A DNA stretch of 63,230 bases, the filler included, from Phoronis australis (lineage: Eukaryota; Animalia; Phoronida): NCBI GenBank assembly GCA_002633005.1. It is 7 parts of 7 records of this genome, joined end to end, with 100 filler letters (N's around TTAATTAATTAA, not from the genome) between each part and the next. Parts side by side here need not be neighbours in the genome. Positions count along the whole stretch, not along the records: positions 1 to 30,167 come from NMRA01000324.1; 6 more parts are not named here. The stretch is one strand, 5' to 3'. The first letter of the stretch is position 1. Each line of letters opens with the position of its first letter. A program made the position numbers and the translations under genes. Of this stretch, positions 13,614 through 27,095 are shown piece after piece. Under the pieces are notes generated by a model, which made no database searches, was not told the origin of the DNA, and was given only the letters and a program-made list of their open reading frames with translations.

Positions 13614-14739
13614 CACGTGCCTTTCGTGTTTTCTCTAGCGGGTTGATTTATCCTTGTTGGAACACAGACTATATACTTCACAATTGGAATGCTGCGCTAG
13701 TGTTCCATGACCACACTTCAAGTGCCAGGGATTTTGTGCACAGCAATTGTCTAAAATCGCGATTTTATTGACCCAGAAGGAACAGCGAGGAACTTGTGAC
13801 TAAATATTTAAAAGCCTCCTATGTTTGTCATTAACTATGGCTCACGATTGGCCAAACGTTCTCTGCACTAGGAAACAACCTTAGTTTTCAATTCCTCTGT
13901 ATCATGTTGCAAAGCTCTCAATTCAAATGTTAGCAAACAACAGACAATAACTTGCGCATCAATATTCTATGCTTTAATGAAGAGTAAATACAACATGAAG
14001 TAAACAACTCACAGCAAATAATTTTTTATCAAACGTATTTCCTTGTACAAAATGTCAAATTTCGACTTACATTGTAAGTGGTTCTTGTACGAGTAAGCAG
14101 ATAAACAAGGGTTTTTTCAAGTCGTATTAAGAATGAGGACGCAACCATTGCATACTGAATTAACCATCTGGATGAACTTCGACATCTCCTTCCTTTGTTA
14201 GGGACTTATGTTAAGTCTTGAGTTGAAAATAGGAGGCGGGGTAAGAGCATGTAGTTGAAAAAGTATCTTTGTTTTGTGACAATGAAAAGCCGGTAATTAC
14301 GTTATTGTGGGAAAACACTAATTAACAAATCAAATATCATTTGGACAGAGAAGGCAAAACTGTGGTCGTATAGAAAGGGTAAAATACTGGCGATGTTAAA
14401 CCACATGTCGTCCGGGGGTGGATGAGGCAGCACTGCTGTTACCTTGCACTGAAGCTGTTTGATTACCAAAGGGCCGAAGAGGCATAGGCGGTGTATCAAC
14501 ATTTGCTTTTCTTCTACTGGGTGTTCGCGCATTTTTCTTTCTGCTTGTCCTGTCATTTTCCTTTAAATTTTAAAAATAGCCCAAGAAATTGGTATATTCT
14601 AATACCCATAACAGTAATGCAGTTATGTTATCCACCAATAGGTTTCGTGTTCTGACTAATGTACTGTGCAGCCAATTAGATTGCAAGACCTTGTTAGTGA
14701 ACGTTCGTCATTTTGACCAACCATACTCCAGGCTGGTAT

Positions 14740-14900
14740 TTCCCGTTGGTTTGAAGGTAGCTAAGGTAATCCCTATTCATAAAGGTAATGACACCGACAG
14801 TAGTTCGCTTGTTAACTGTAGACCAATAAGTATTCTACTGACAATTTTCAAAGTTTTCGAAAAAAAAGTGTTTATAATCTTAGAACAACCTTCTCTATAA
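14740..14900 (+). mobile_element. CR1/L2/Jockey-group LINE ORF2 fragment
   Basis: FPVGLKVAKVIPIHKG...NCRPISILLTIFKVFEK, the typical motif at the start of the RT in these LINEs. Confidence 0.75.
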
Positions 14901-15299
14901 TTTGACAGTAATCTTTCTCGTATGTATAATACATCTGTTTTTACAAGTTAATTTCCTGTTTTTTTAAACTATTTAAATGAAGATTTGTGTTTTTATCACA
15001 ACGCTGAATTTTATTTGCATTATTGGGATAGAAAAACAATATCCATATCTCGAGAGTTTGAAAGAACTGATATTCAACTTGTAAAAAGTCGTGTTTTCTA
15101 TGAGATAAAGGTTTGAATCCAATTTCCGGGGGGGAAGGACTTTCACGTGCCATTCACACACACTCACACCCTGTTGAAATGAGGTAAAATAAATTACGTA
15201 CATGTATTATGTTAATATATACAGACATACATAAATATAAAAATAATAATAACAGTAGAACTTTGATAATTTCCAGAATACTAATTAAAAGCATGCGTG

Positions 15300-17650
15300 C
15301 AGACCTCTCCATTTACCCACCTTTGTGTCCGAGGTATCTGTTAAAAATGTGTTTACAAACGCTTGTAATTTCAACTCAAAATCGTTAAAAAGGAGAGGCT
15401 TTTCTACATTTGATGTCTGATAAATGTAGTAAAGTGCAAGTGTGTTTACGGTATTGCAAATTAATTTGTGATTTGGATCAGAGTTTTGAACAAAATCTAC
15501 ATTTCTTGGGTGAAAAAGAACATGTATTGGGTATTTAGGGCTTTAATTAACAGTGGTTGTACTGATTCCCAGAAAGTCCTGGCACATGTGTAATAATAAA
15601 ACATATGAAGTTAAGTCTGTGACTCATCAATATTGGGGCACTTATCAGTTTGGACCACCCATATTTTTTGTAAAGTGATATTTGTAAATATTCCTCTATG
15701 GGTAAAGAGGTACCAGCAGTTTTTTAATTGAGGCATTTTGTGAAGGCTAAAGGGTAAAAATAAATTTCTCTAATTTCTTTTTCATTGTAATCATTAATTA
15801 ACAGCACATAATTGTCGGAAGTTTGTGTAAAGGTAGTGAAAGATTCCTTTATTCATGGTGATTTTCCACACCAAAAATGTCCAATTATTTTATCTAATTC
15901 TATAATCCTATTTGCTGTAACTTCGATACTGGCCAAAACGTGAATCAACCTAGACGAACCGTAGGTTTTTACGACACGAATCCTCCCCGTGGTCGTCAAA
16001 TGTCTAGTTTTCCAAATATTTAATAGATCTTTTAATTTCTGAATTTTATTACTATAATTTAGCTGTTCAACTTCTTTGTCATTTGGTCCGAAATATCTTT
16101 TTAAAGTTTTATAGGTTTTCGCGCCCAAGAGATATTGTACATTTTTTTAAAGGCAATGGGCACCACCTCGGGCAGAAATGTATAACCCTTCTCACTTTTC
16201 AGGGTTTAAATGTCATCCAGAAATGTCTCAAAATAGTTCTAAATATTTAAAACATTCTTTTCCAGAATTCTCGTCTTGAAGGAACAAAATGGTATCGTCC
16301 GAGTACTGGGTTATTTTGATTTCATTATTATAAATTTTCAAACCATGAACATAATTATTCTTTCTAATAAAACGTGATATAAGTTCTGCACATAGCACAA
16401 AAAGGGGACTTGACAGCGGATCGCCCTGTCGTAAGAATCTTTCAATGTCAAAGTACCGAGTCGTGAATCCGTTATTTAACACACAGTATGATATTTTATT
16501 ATATTTTATTATATTATTTTTTATTTTACTTATTACCCCTTGTCCAAAATTGAAGGCCTTTAAAGTTTTGAACAAGGAATCAATATTTAAGGTGTCGTAT
16601 GCTTTCTTGAAATCCAGGAATATAATTTGGCCATCAAATTTATTTTTTTGTAATATTTCATCAAGTCGTTAACTAATCGAATATTTTGGCCAATATACCT
16701 TTTAGATAATGACGTCGGATCAAGGTGAATCAATTGGTCTATGTACTTATAAGTTCCATTTGGGATCATTCTGTAGTCACAATTTAAGAAGGGAGATTGC
16801 CTTCCAGTTATCTAACAACAGAGTATACTCACTGTTTTTGCTTTTGGGTATAAGAGTTATGACACTTTGTCTCTGTGGCGTAGACAATTCGCCTCTCTGG
16901 ATTCTAAAATTAAAACTCTCTATTAATTCATATTTAATTACTTCCTAAAATGTTGTTAAACTCATATGAAATTCTGACATTAACGGGCGTTTTGTTAGAT
17001 TTTGTTTCTTGGAGAGCCTCGAAAATTTCGTCTTCAGTGGAGTCTTGATCAAGTTCCAGAGACTCTTCAGAAAGTTTTGTTTTATTTTTGGGGAGTGTAA
17101 ATAATGTTGGGAGGGATCCACAATTCTCTTTTGGAATACATATTTTTACTTCAATAGGAGTGATATCACTTTGTTTGCCATCTTTTAATTAAAGGATTTG
17201 TTTTTGTACACAATTCCTCACGTCGCGGTTTCTGAAATATTTGGAATTTTCCCCTTCGTCTTCCCATTGACCTTTGCTCCTGATAATATAGCCTTTAATA
17301 GACAGAGTTTGCATTAATTGAAGTTCTGTTATTGCCTTGTTCGAACCCATCTTAACTTCTTCGTCAGCCGGGTTATTCTTGATTTGACACGTCAGCATAT
17401 TTATTTTATCAATAAGATGGAAATGTTCTTATTTTCTTTTCGAACATTTTGTTTTAGCGTAATCAATAAACATTTTTCTGATTTCCATTTTGGTCAAACC
17501 CACATACGATTTTTATTTTTGAAGTTGGCATACATTCTTCTGCATGCGGCAACACAATCGGTATTTTTTAAATAACCAGCATCATCAAGATAACTATTAT
17601 TGCCTTTCCATAATCCTGGACCACGTTTTTCACATTTGGAAATTTCAATA
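15300..17650 (-). mobile_element. Degraded Tx1/L1-clade non-LTR retrotransposon ORF2
   Basis: Colinear fragments with many stops and frameshifts: RGPGLWKGNNSYL, GYIIRSKGQWEDEGENSKYF, RYIGQNIRLVND, LRQGDPLSSPLF, ITQYSDDT, WKTRHLTTTGRIRVVK. Ends approximate. Confidence 0.85.
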
Positions 17651-17699
17651 GTTTAATTTCAGCTGGGTGGGGACCCACTTCAAAGCCTAAAAATACATC

Positions 17700-20600
17700 T
17701 AAACAGATGGGAAACGAGAATCAAAATTTATGGCTCGAGGACTGTAGTGCCCTAAGGAGTGGAAATTGTGTGGACTGGGAACATTTAAAAATTCGGCAGC
17801 AGCTCAAATAAGTGTTCTCCTTACTTGAGGCCTGGGAAATCTAAATTGTGGTGCCCGTTTTCGTCAATGTGACTGGTGTCACAACATGAGCTTCGCAACG
17901 CAGGATATTGTAATTTTCATTACTGGTTATTTACATTGCTAATAAGAAGGCTCTGTGTTAGACCATAACATGAAATTCTAACTGCTATAGGGTATTAAGA
18001 AATGGGGTAAAGGTGCGGTATGTGATTGCTGAGCCGTTTCACACACAACCAAAGGTAACCATTCACGTCGCATTAACTGTTGTAACTTTTCGACAGTTGT
18101 CAACTGTTAATGATTCCAGAAACCAGCCTGTGTATGTACAAGCCACACCAGACACTGTTGAAGGTTTGACCCTCGGTTAGCAAGTTTGGTTGACTAAAGC
18201 AGACATTGCCAGCTAATGGCATGGGTTTGTAGTGTACGACACGTTTTCATAACGCAAATAGTTTCATTTCCCGACCGCACCAGGCACAGTTGGTGGAGTC
18301 GGACACCAACGACTCACAACGATACAACGCTTTCATAATCTTGGAACAGACAAGGCAGAAACTGTAAAAAGATATGTTCGTACCTGACAAATGCACTCGG
18401 CATTTGAAAAAATGAAAACAGTGTCCGCTATTCGCGATTAGGCTTTCCCAGACAGTTTAAAAATATCGATTAGATTTACAGTTAGAGAAACATATTAATC
18501 GACAGCAAAATGGTTTAAAAATATAATCATGATTGAATAAAATGCTTTAATTACGACTTTGAAATCAGGACTGTTCACAGACTGCGCAGGTTCCGACTCG
18601 GCTTCACGCGCCAAATACCCCAGCATGCGGGAGGGTGGAGTTCGTACAACATCAAAAGCGCGAAGCCTGCCGATGTGGTGAGGTTTAACTCATTATCTGT
18701 TTCACTTAAACTGACTGACGTCATCACTCCTATCACTATACCTGTCTCGCCAAGTTCACTTTCTAAGTCCCTACTATCCACCATTGCTATAATTCAAATG
18801 TCTTCGACTGATGAAATGATGCGAAGGCAAACCAAAATAATCATCGATTTTTCTTTAAAACTCAACATTCATCAACTACGTCCCAAAATAAATGCTTATT
18901 TAGTGAACTTTTTATCTTATCAATTTATTATACATTATATTTAACCTCAAGGAGTGCAAAAATCCACTGCAGGAACGATTTAAATTAATCAACAGCGTTT
19001 TAGCATTCTGTTCCATTTCCATTAGGCAATGTATTTATAACATATCTTCAAATGAACCTTTCATCATAAAAAGTAAACAGGAAAGTAAAAAATACGGGGA
19101 AAGATTACGTCCTTTCGCTACATTTTCTTCCCTCTTTTTATCGCCGATTCCGCACTCCTCCAAGTGTTACCATTTGACCGTTTCGGATAAAAAATGCAGG
19201 AGGCAGATACCAGAAATTTCGACCTGCTGCAAAACAAATTCCAAAAAGGTTTACTTTAAGTGCGGGATACGTCACGCTCGCTAATCCTTTAGGCTACCAT
19301 TTTGACCATTATGGTGGAAGGTAAACTAAAAAAGTCACCCGTTACTTGATAAAAAATTAAACTAAGAAAATACTTCAAAGTGAATACTAATTTTTTTCCC
19401 CTATTTCGGATAAAATGAGGTTTCCGATTTTGACAGTACGGTTTGAACCTGGGCCGCCCTGGGTCTCCGTGCACACTGCCTCATGGTCTGTCAGAAGACC
19501 CGAGTTGAATTACGTTTAGTTTCCATCTCTGGGGTATGCAATAAGGAGCTGATCAAATTTGATCATGGTCCGTCATAGTTCAACAAAATCACTACTTATT
19601 TATTGTACGGTTATTTCAGACTGACTGAAATAATCTCAAGAGAGCAGTTTCGTTTTGCAAGGCAAATTGAGATTTTCCTAAAATTCTGTGTGTATCTACA
19701 ACCTAACCAACTCCTCACAGGATTCGCTGCTGTGCGTCGATTTTGCAAGGCACATGAACATGTAAATCAGAAACAAATGAACACTTGCAGATTGCAGTAA
19801 TAAAATAGAAAACTAAAGGCACATTCAAAGCGCCCGTTGAGTTAGCTCCAGAATGCAAACCTTTTTTGAACTTCGAAACTTACTTTATAGATTTTACAGG
19901 CATTTCTAGAATAAAAACAAGTTGACAATTGACGGGACCTAAGAGGGCATTATGTGTGGAGCCCCTAAGCAAGAAAATATTTATAATTTCTTAAACAAAA
20001 AATGGCAGCAAATAATGTTTTTGAAAGGTTTACTATCCGCCACGCTCCCTGTTAATAGAAAGTAATGTGCAATTTCAAAGAATGTTAATCTGAAAACCAC
20101 TATTTCGTGAATTATCACCGAGACCCTATTGCTGTTGGATAATAGCAACAAACGTTTCCCCGCAATTTTTCATGCGGAAAGACATATTTGATTTTCGGAA
20201 AGGAGTTTTAGTAATTTCTGTCAACCTTTTGATTACGTATGCCTTGGGAATGACGGAAATTCCTTACTAGAGCATATAATAAATCCAGTGTACGGTAACA
20301 ACACTCGAAATACATGTTTTAACTACTAAATGGTATTAAGACCAACTAAACGCAAGCTTGAAACACGGCAATGCTCTTCAGACCTTTGTCCATTCTTATT
20401 CGTAAAAGTCTAGACCGTTCACCATATTGAGTTTGTTTACTTATTGTAAGCTACATTCGGTCATTCGGTTTCTTGTTGAGACCATTGACATAAACTTAAT
20501 CAAATAATTAACTTTTAACGATTGCTAACAGGTCCTCACTCATTTTTGACGAAAGTTAAAGTCCTAGAAATATGCATTCCACCCCCAGGCAAAGTCAAAT

Positions 20601-20750
20601 CGAAGATTTCAACATTTGTTGTGGAAATGGTGTATAGCGAAATTTAACGGAGGTTGGTGAAGGAACGCGGTGGTTGGCTACGGGCCAGAAAATAGAGGGA
20701 AGGGAAAGAGTAAAAGTGAGAGGGAGCAGTTACACAATAATTCTGTTAAT
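17700..20750 (-). pseudogene. Heavily decayed plexin-like relic, copy B (sema-like and PSI-like pieces)
   Basis: Manual minus-strand translation gives in-order fragments resembling plexin sema/PSI motifs: KMSEDLL, NKLNMV, AHYFLLTG..SK...IC, LIFYQVTGDFFSLPSTIMVKMV, YRCESLVSDSTNCAWCG. Highly disrupted; boundaries approximate. Confidence 0.3.
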
Positions 20751-22001
20751 GGAAAACAGTGTTTGGATTGATAACAATTCGCCCAGGAGGAAAATGAGAT
20801 ACCAATCCCAAAAACGAATCGTGTTTACTTAAATAATCAATATCCAAACCTAAACGTTTCCTTATAAGTAGTCATTAGAGGACAGAGTTAACACCCAATT
20901 AAAAGTAATTATTATATCACAAACAAAGACATGCTTTTGTAGAGGCACTCAAAAGTCTATTTATGTTAGAAACAAGGAAATGCGTCAAAGAAGCTCATTA
21001 GCCGTCAAATAAGGATGCGACTTCGTGAAATTACTCATTAGCGGCTTAATTTTAGCTTATATTTGTTGTTTTGAAACGAAGGTGCTGGAGCAAGAAATGC
21101 AATTGTAGAACTCGAAATTAAGTTTACATTGTAACATTGAATTATTGTGTTCTGTTTAAAAAGCCAATTTACCCCTAGGCGGTATATCGTACTAATGGAC
21201 ATAATCCTCATTTGCCGTTGTTTAGCAGAATGTCTCTCAAGGAAAGTGCTTTTAATCTTAAGAAACGAGTAGTGGAAATAGAAAAACGTTCAGATCATTA
21301 TTTCAAAAATGGCTTTTCTTTTGGAAACTTAAGGCTGCGTTTTATTCCTATTTTGTTCATGAAATTTGAAATTATGACATTGTTTATCGCAAAAATGTCT
21401 CAAAGTATCTTTGTAAATGACACGTGATGGCAATTATTTTTTACATGAAAAATAATTAAATAAGATGAGGATTCCCTTATCAATTATCATCTAATGTTGA
21501 AAGGATTAACCAACCACGACATACATGTAGTTGAGAAGGTTTTGATCAAAGTATTTCGTTACGTCTTGAATGATTGTTTTAGAAATGTTGTAAAGGAGAC
21601 TCTATTATGAAACGTCAATTTCAAAACAAAACATATTTTTTAATAACTGCCTCCTTTGATATCTTAAATTTCGCCTTGCCTGTAACATAAAGCGACACGT
21701 TTTTTTAGAGGTTTTTCACCATCCACTTGACTCCGTCAATCTCTTCCATTTCTGTCGATGAATTTTATTGGGCGAAGGTCCTTTATCTTTTCACTCTACA
21801 ACGTTTATCTCTCCATGAACGCAGTCTAACATCATTTGAATATCTGCGTTTAATACAAGGTCAGGTACTGGATACGTTGAAAGAGGCATATGGTTAGACT
21901 CCATTTCCTGCAAGAAAACACAGTGTAAGACCAGTGTTTGAGGCCAGTGGATTTAAGGCGGGGACAGTAAACTTTCACATAGACGTGGTCTCGTATTCAA
22001 G

Positions 22002-22560
22002 TAGCTGACCCATAGACCGGGATCCTAGAACTTTTTTGTGCAGGAAAAGGTAACCAATTTTTTTGGTACCACAGTTGTCTATGGGTATCTTTATGCTTGG
22101 AAATGGCCGTCTGGCAGACTCGCTCTGGTGGGTGTGGTCAGGGGAGCCAAGAGAATGTCACTTAAAAATTGAGCTAGATCAAATTTTCTGGTAACCACTT
22201 CAAATTGCCCTTGATACCCACTACGTAATCCACTGTATCAAAATTGGTCACTGCCAGAAAAATTCAGTGGTGGGGTGCCCCTGCCGGACGATTATCAAAA
22301 AGGGTTAAAAATTGGGATCAACCCAAGAGGTAACCGCTTAAAACCAGTTGCAAAATATTCACCATGAGACCAGGTATCACGAATAAACACTGCCAGACAA
22401 ATCTAGTGGTGGGATAGCCTTGACAGACACGCCCAAGTACCCGAGTTGAGCTAGACCAACCCTCCAGGCAACCGTTTGAAACCAATTGCACGATGTGCAG
22501 CATCACTACACGAAGCACAAAAGTAAGATGCCAAACAATTTCAGCTGTGTGGTGCCCCCG
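22002..22560. repeat. Satellite-like dispersed repeat; inverted partner of 26085-27095
   Basis: TAGACCGGGATCC...ATGCTTGGAAATGGCCGTCTGGCAG...CAAGAGAATGTCAC matches the reverse complement of 26900-27090 and continues into the ~140-bp subunits. Confidence 0.85.
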
Positions 22561-25500
22561 TCAGACACATTATAAAGAGTCGACAAAAATTGATTATAAG
22601 CCGATTCACGCTGAATAAGGAACCAAGCACTTAGATTTTTAATGAAACCCGTGGGCCCGTTAGACACCACACAAGGTGAGAGATTTTTGTTCACGAGTTT
22701 ACGTCAGGGCATGAAAACCAGAAACATCGCGCGAGGTTGAAGCGACCTCACACGTCTGTGCGACAATAGCGGAATACTCCGTATGATTCACTGTTGAAAA
22801 CAAAACCTAAAGTCCGTCCGTGTTTGCACAAGTTTCTCAATTTTTTGTTGCCGTATTTTACCAGTCTAAACAGCGTCCCTCTGTCTTCGGACGAGTCATT
22901 TGATGCAACTGCTAAAACGAGGAATAATCGAAATGATGTCTTTTGCTGTAGTCTCCGTTATGTATGCGCGCCAACTTCCTTCGTTTCAAGCAGTGATCAA
23001 CGGCAAATTTGCAAAACTGGTCAGATTTGGACAATCTACATCGTTCTCATAAACCGATCCCACGGAGAACTTCATTGATGCATCAACACCAATGACGTCA
23101 GTAGCTATATTAACATTTTTCCCGACAATGCTAGATGTATTTTGCCCTGAACCGCCCGATATACGCCAGAAGGGGAACGTTCTGGGAATTACGAGTCCTG
23201 ATAGTTTTTCAGTTTAGTTAGAATGACAATCATTTCATTTGCACGACAGAGATACTGCGGGCAATGGAACTGTTCGCTTTTTGTCATCGTAGTGAATATA
23301 AAACAAGTTCAAATTAAGTATTCATAGATGTTATATATGGTGCTCAGCCATCGTGGTGGCGGACCCGTGCATCCGCATTGGGGGAAAGGGTACCCAACCA
23401 TTCTGTGTAATCTTTTTGGAAATCATGACTGATTTTCAGTTGAATCAAATAATGATTCTAGTTTATGTTCCACCTTTTTAGTTTTAATACTAATAGTTAC
23501 AGCTAGGGGTGTTCGGGGGGGGGGGGGGGTNGGGGGGGGGGTTGAGCGAACCCCACCCCCGTTGAAAAGGTCCAGCTCCAGCATATTGATCGTTAAAGAT
23601 AGGATATAAATGGACAACAGCAATAAAATTGTTGCAGCTACTGGTGCTACTAAGTACAATGACACCTAAGTGATGAATTTGAATTTGCTTCTAATTCAAA
23701 GCGTTTCACGTGGCATAGGACCACACTCGGCTAAATTTGCCCGAGTTCCGCTGTCTGTGTAGATGACAGGATCGTGCATACGATAACAGGAGGCTATATG
23801 TTGTTCATAAAGTACGCTCGTGGTGGCTACACCAAAGGATAACAAGGGAGTCTAGAAATGAATTTCAACATCTAAGCATACATGTAACCGTTTAGCCTTA
23901 CATCCTAAATAAGCTACATGTATATAGCAACGAGAGAGCTCTCAGAAAACTAGTGTTGCGTGAATGCCTCAAACTCGGCCAAGAAAGCAAAGAGTAAAAA
24001 ACTGAGATTTGTTTTTTTGCTTTTTGGTTTAATTGCAAGCATAGTACGGTAGTAGTGTAGGCGTTTTCAAATTTTGAATTGAATGTGCTCGTCAAATATG
24101 CAAATACGTTGTTCATCCAGTGTCCACTTTGATTGTGGATTGGTAGATTGACATCCATGCATGTACACATATGAGCGTTTTTGTTCTTCTAAATTCAGTG
24201 AGCTCATTACAGGCAGTTCACTGTCGTGCTCAAAAAATAGACATTCGTCTACCTTGTTTTCTTGCACGGAGAATACCCCGCCGAGCATTTTCAGTTATGA
24301 TGTAAAAGTAGGCCTAGATCTCAAAGTTGGTCGATGAAAATCTTCTTTAGTCAATCAAGATTCAATGTCACTATGACGAAGGTTAAATACTCCAAAGGTC
24401 CAGTACTGCGAATGTCCACTACTCTTAAGGTTTGTTACCTTCTAAAATTCACTACTTGAATTTCCACTATTCCAAAACGAGATCCCTGTCTCTAATCTAC
24501 TCAAAACGAACCCAAATGTTTTTGGCAATTTCCCGGCTCCTTTTTTTAGAACTCAAGATAAGTGGTTATCAGACTACGGTCGAATAGGTGTACTTCATGC
24601 ATATGAGTTTCTAATCCAACTTTGCAGTGGATGACCCTTACATTCGTGGTACAAATCGAGCAAAAACTCGAAATTTCAAGCTCAAACTTGAACTTTTAGC
24701 CTTAATGTTGGGTTTATGAACTGCATACTAAGATTGTTAAATTAAATTATCGAAGTAAGTCGTTGTGTACTCGATCATAGAATAATAGACACTTGTCTTG
24801 AATTCGCACAAAAGTAAAGTAAACTATGAAAAACATAATTACGAGTTCTATTTCGAGTAAAAAAGATTGTAAACTGGGCCCAGAACTCCGAGAGCTCACT
24901 ACTCTTGATTGTGTGATCACGACTCATATTCTCAAGCAGAGGCAACATCTGAGGCACGCATCAAGGCTGTGGCAACCAACGGCGGTTTCAAATTTAAGAA
25001 TTCTGAATAAGACTCCTTGACTTTGTGAGGACTGGCAGGGACATGGTGGCCTATAAACTTCATCTAGTTTCACCCCGGCCGTGTGCGTCGCACAGCAATG
25101 CGATCTTGACATGGATTTCAAGAATTTATCATGGTTGATAATTCATCAGTATTCTTATTTCCTATCATTTTAAAGTGCAAGTTCGTTCTCATTTTAAAAT
25201 ATGTGGGCAATTTCTCATGAACGGTGGAATCTAACCACCGTTTTGTAGGTTGTACTTGCAGGCTGGAGGCGGTGTCACTGACTACATGAAATCCAAACAA
25301 AGCGTTTTAGTGCCTGGACGTTGTATTCGGTATAGGTGCATCTCATAACCAAAATATCGTTTATTTTGCAGGTAAAAGGTTGAAAATCACATCTGAGTTT
25401 GAAAGTTTGGATATTTTTGGAGCAGTGATTCATCGGAGTCAGTGAATCGTCGGAATAGTGAACCTTCGAGTAGTGAACCAATTTGTGGGCTGTTCCCATT

Positions 25501-26084
25501 TCCAGCTACGTAAACAACTTAAGTAAGACGCCGAAATACAGCCAGAAAAAAATTGTCAATTCATTCGCCGACCAAACTTCATGTTTCCGTCTGAGTATGC
25601 AATTAGGTATAATGAGTCACTTAAGCATGGCTGATTTGAAATTTCGATAGGAGATAATGCGAGAACGTTCTCTTTTTGGACCAGATTTCATCGGAATTTG
25701 TGTCCTGTACTATGCGAGCAACCGTCAGAGCAAAGTTATTTTTGGTATTACAATTTTCGTCTCATCTCATGAACATGGAACTGAAAGTCATCGTTGTGTA
25801 TACAGATTTCCCTTTCTCCAAATTAAGCTGCGGTAAAGGAATTCCCGAAAACTCTATAGTGTTGAGGTTGGCAAAATATCAAAGGTCCACCATTCTTCAA
25901 ATTCGAACCACCCACGCTCAATGTTGGATATGGGCCTGAACAGGATACATGGATATGAGTTGAGAGAGATATGCGATCAATAAAAAGTCGCCCCTGCAAC
26001 GACCAAATATCTGCATGTTACTGCCCAACGGCTGAAAATGTCTGTAAAATACCTTTGTTGCATGCACAATGTTGCTCGTTATTA

Positions 26085-27095
26085 TGCAAATGGTTTCAAA
26101 CGGTTACCTGGCGGATAAATCTGGTCCAACTTAGATATTTGGTCGTGTGTGACTTATCCCACGACTAGACTTGTCTCGCATTATTTACTCAAGATACATA
26201 GGCTTACGTAGAATGTTTTGTAACTGGTTTCGTGAGGTTACCTATTGAGTTCATTTACCTCAAATTTTAGCCCATTCATTAGTCGTCTGGCAGGGACACC
26301 CCACCGCTGAAATTATCTGGCCCCTTATTGTTTTGCTATGTGAAGTGATGCTGAACATCATACTATTGGTTTCAAAGGGTTACCTAGTGGGTTGACCTAG
26401 CGCAACTAAGGTATTTGGACATGTCTGGTGGGGCTAAACCACATCTAGATTTGTTTGGCAGTGTTTATCCGTGATGCCTGGGCTCATGGAGAGTATTTTG
26501 CAACTGGTTTTAAGCGGTTACTTCTTGGGTTGACTTAGCACAATTTTTAACACTTTTTGATAATCGTCTGGCAGGGGCACCCCACCACTGAAATTGTATG
26601 CCATCTAATAATTGTGTCTTGTACAGTGATGCTGAGCATCGTGCAATTGGTTTCAAACGGTTACCTGGTGGGTTGATCTAGCTCATCTAGGGTATTTAGG
26701 CGTGTCTGGCGGAGCCAACACACCACTAGATTTTTCGTGATACCTAGTCTCAGGATGAATATTGCGCAACTGGTTTCAATCGGTTACCTCTTGGATTGAT
26801 CCAGCTCATTTTTTCACCTTGTTCATTTTTAGCCTCTGGATGACACTCCCCACCACTGAAATTGTCTAGCAGTGAGTAATTTTGATACCGTGGATTACGT
26901 TGTAGGAAAAGTTGATCTAGATCAATTTTTGAGTGACATTCTCTTGACTCCTGTGACCACACCTACCAAAGCGAACCTGCCAGACGGCCATTTCCAAGCA
27001 TGAGGATACCCATAGACCACTTTGATACCAAAGAAAAGTGGTTACCTTCTCATGACCAAAAAAGCTCTGGGATCCCGGTCTACCAGTTAGCCAGC
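26085..27095. repeat. Repeat with a dimeric higher-order structure (~280-bp AB unit x3) plus a ~200-bp terminal segment
   Basis: The motif TGGTTTCAAACGGTTACC (with variants) recurs at ~26090, 26225, 26367, 26505, 26648 and 26771, and alternate subunits are more similar to each other. Confidence 0.85.
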
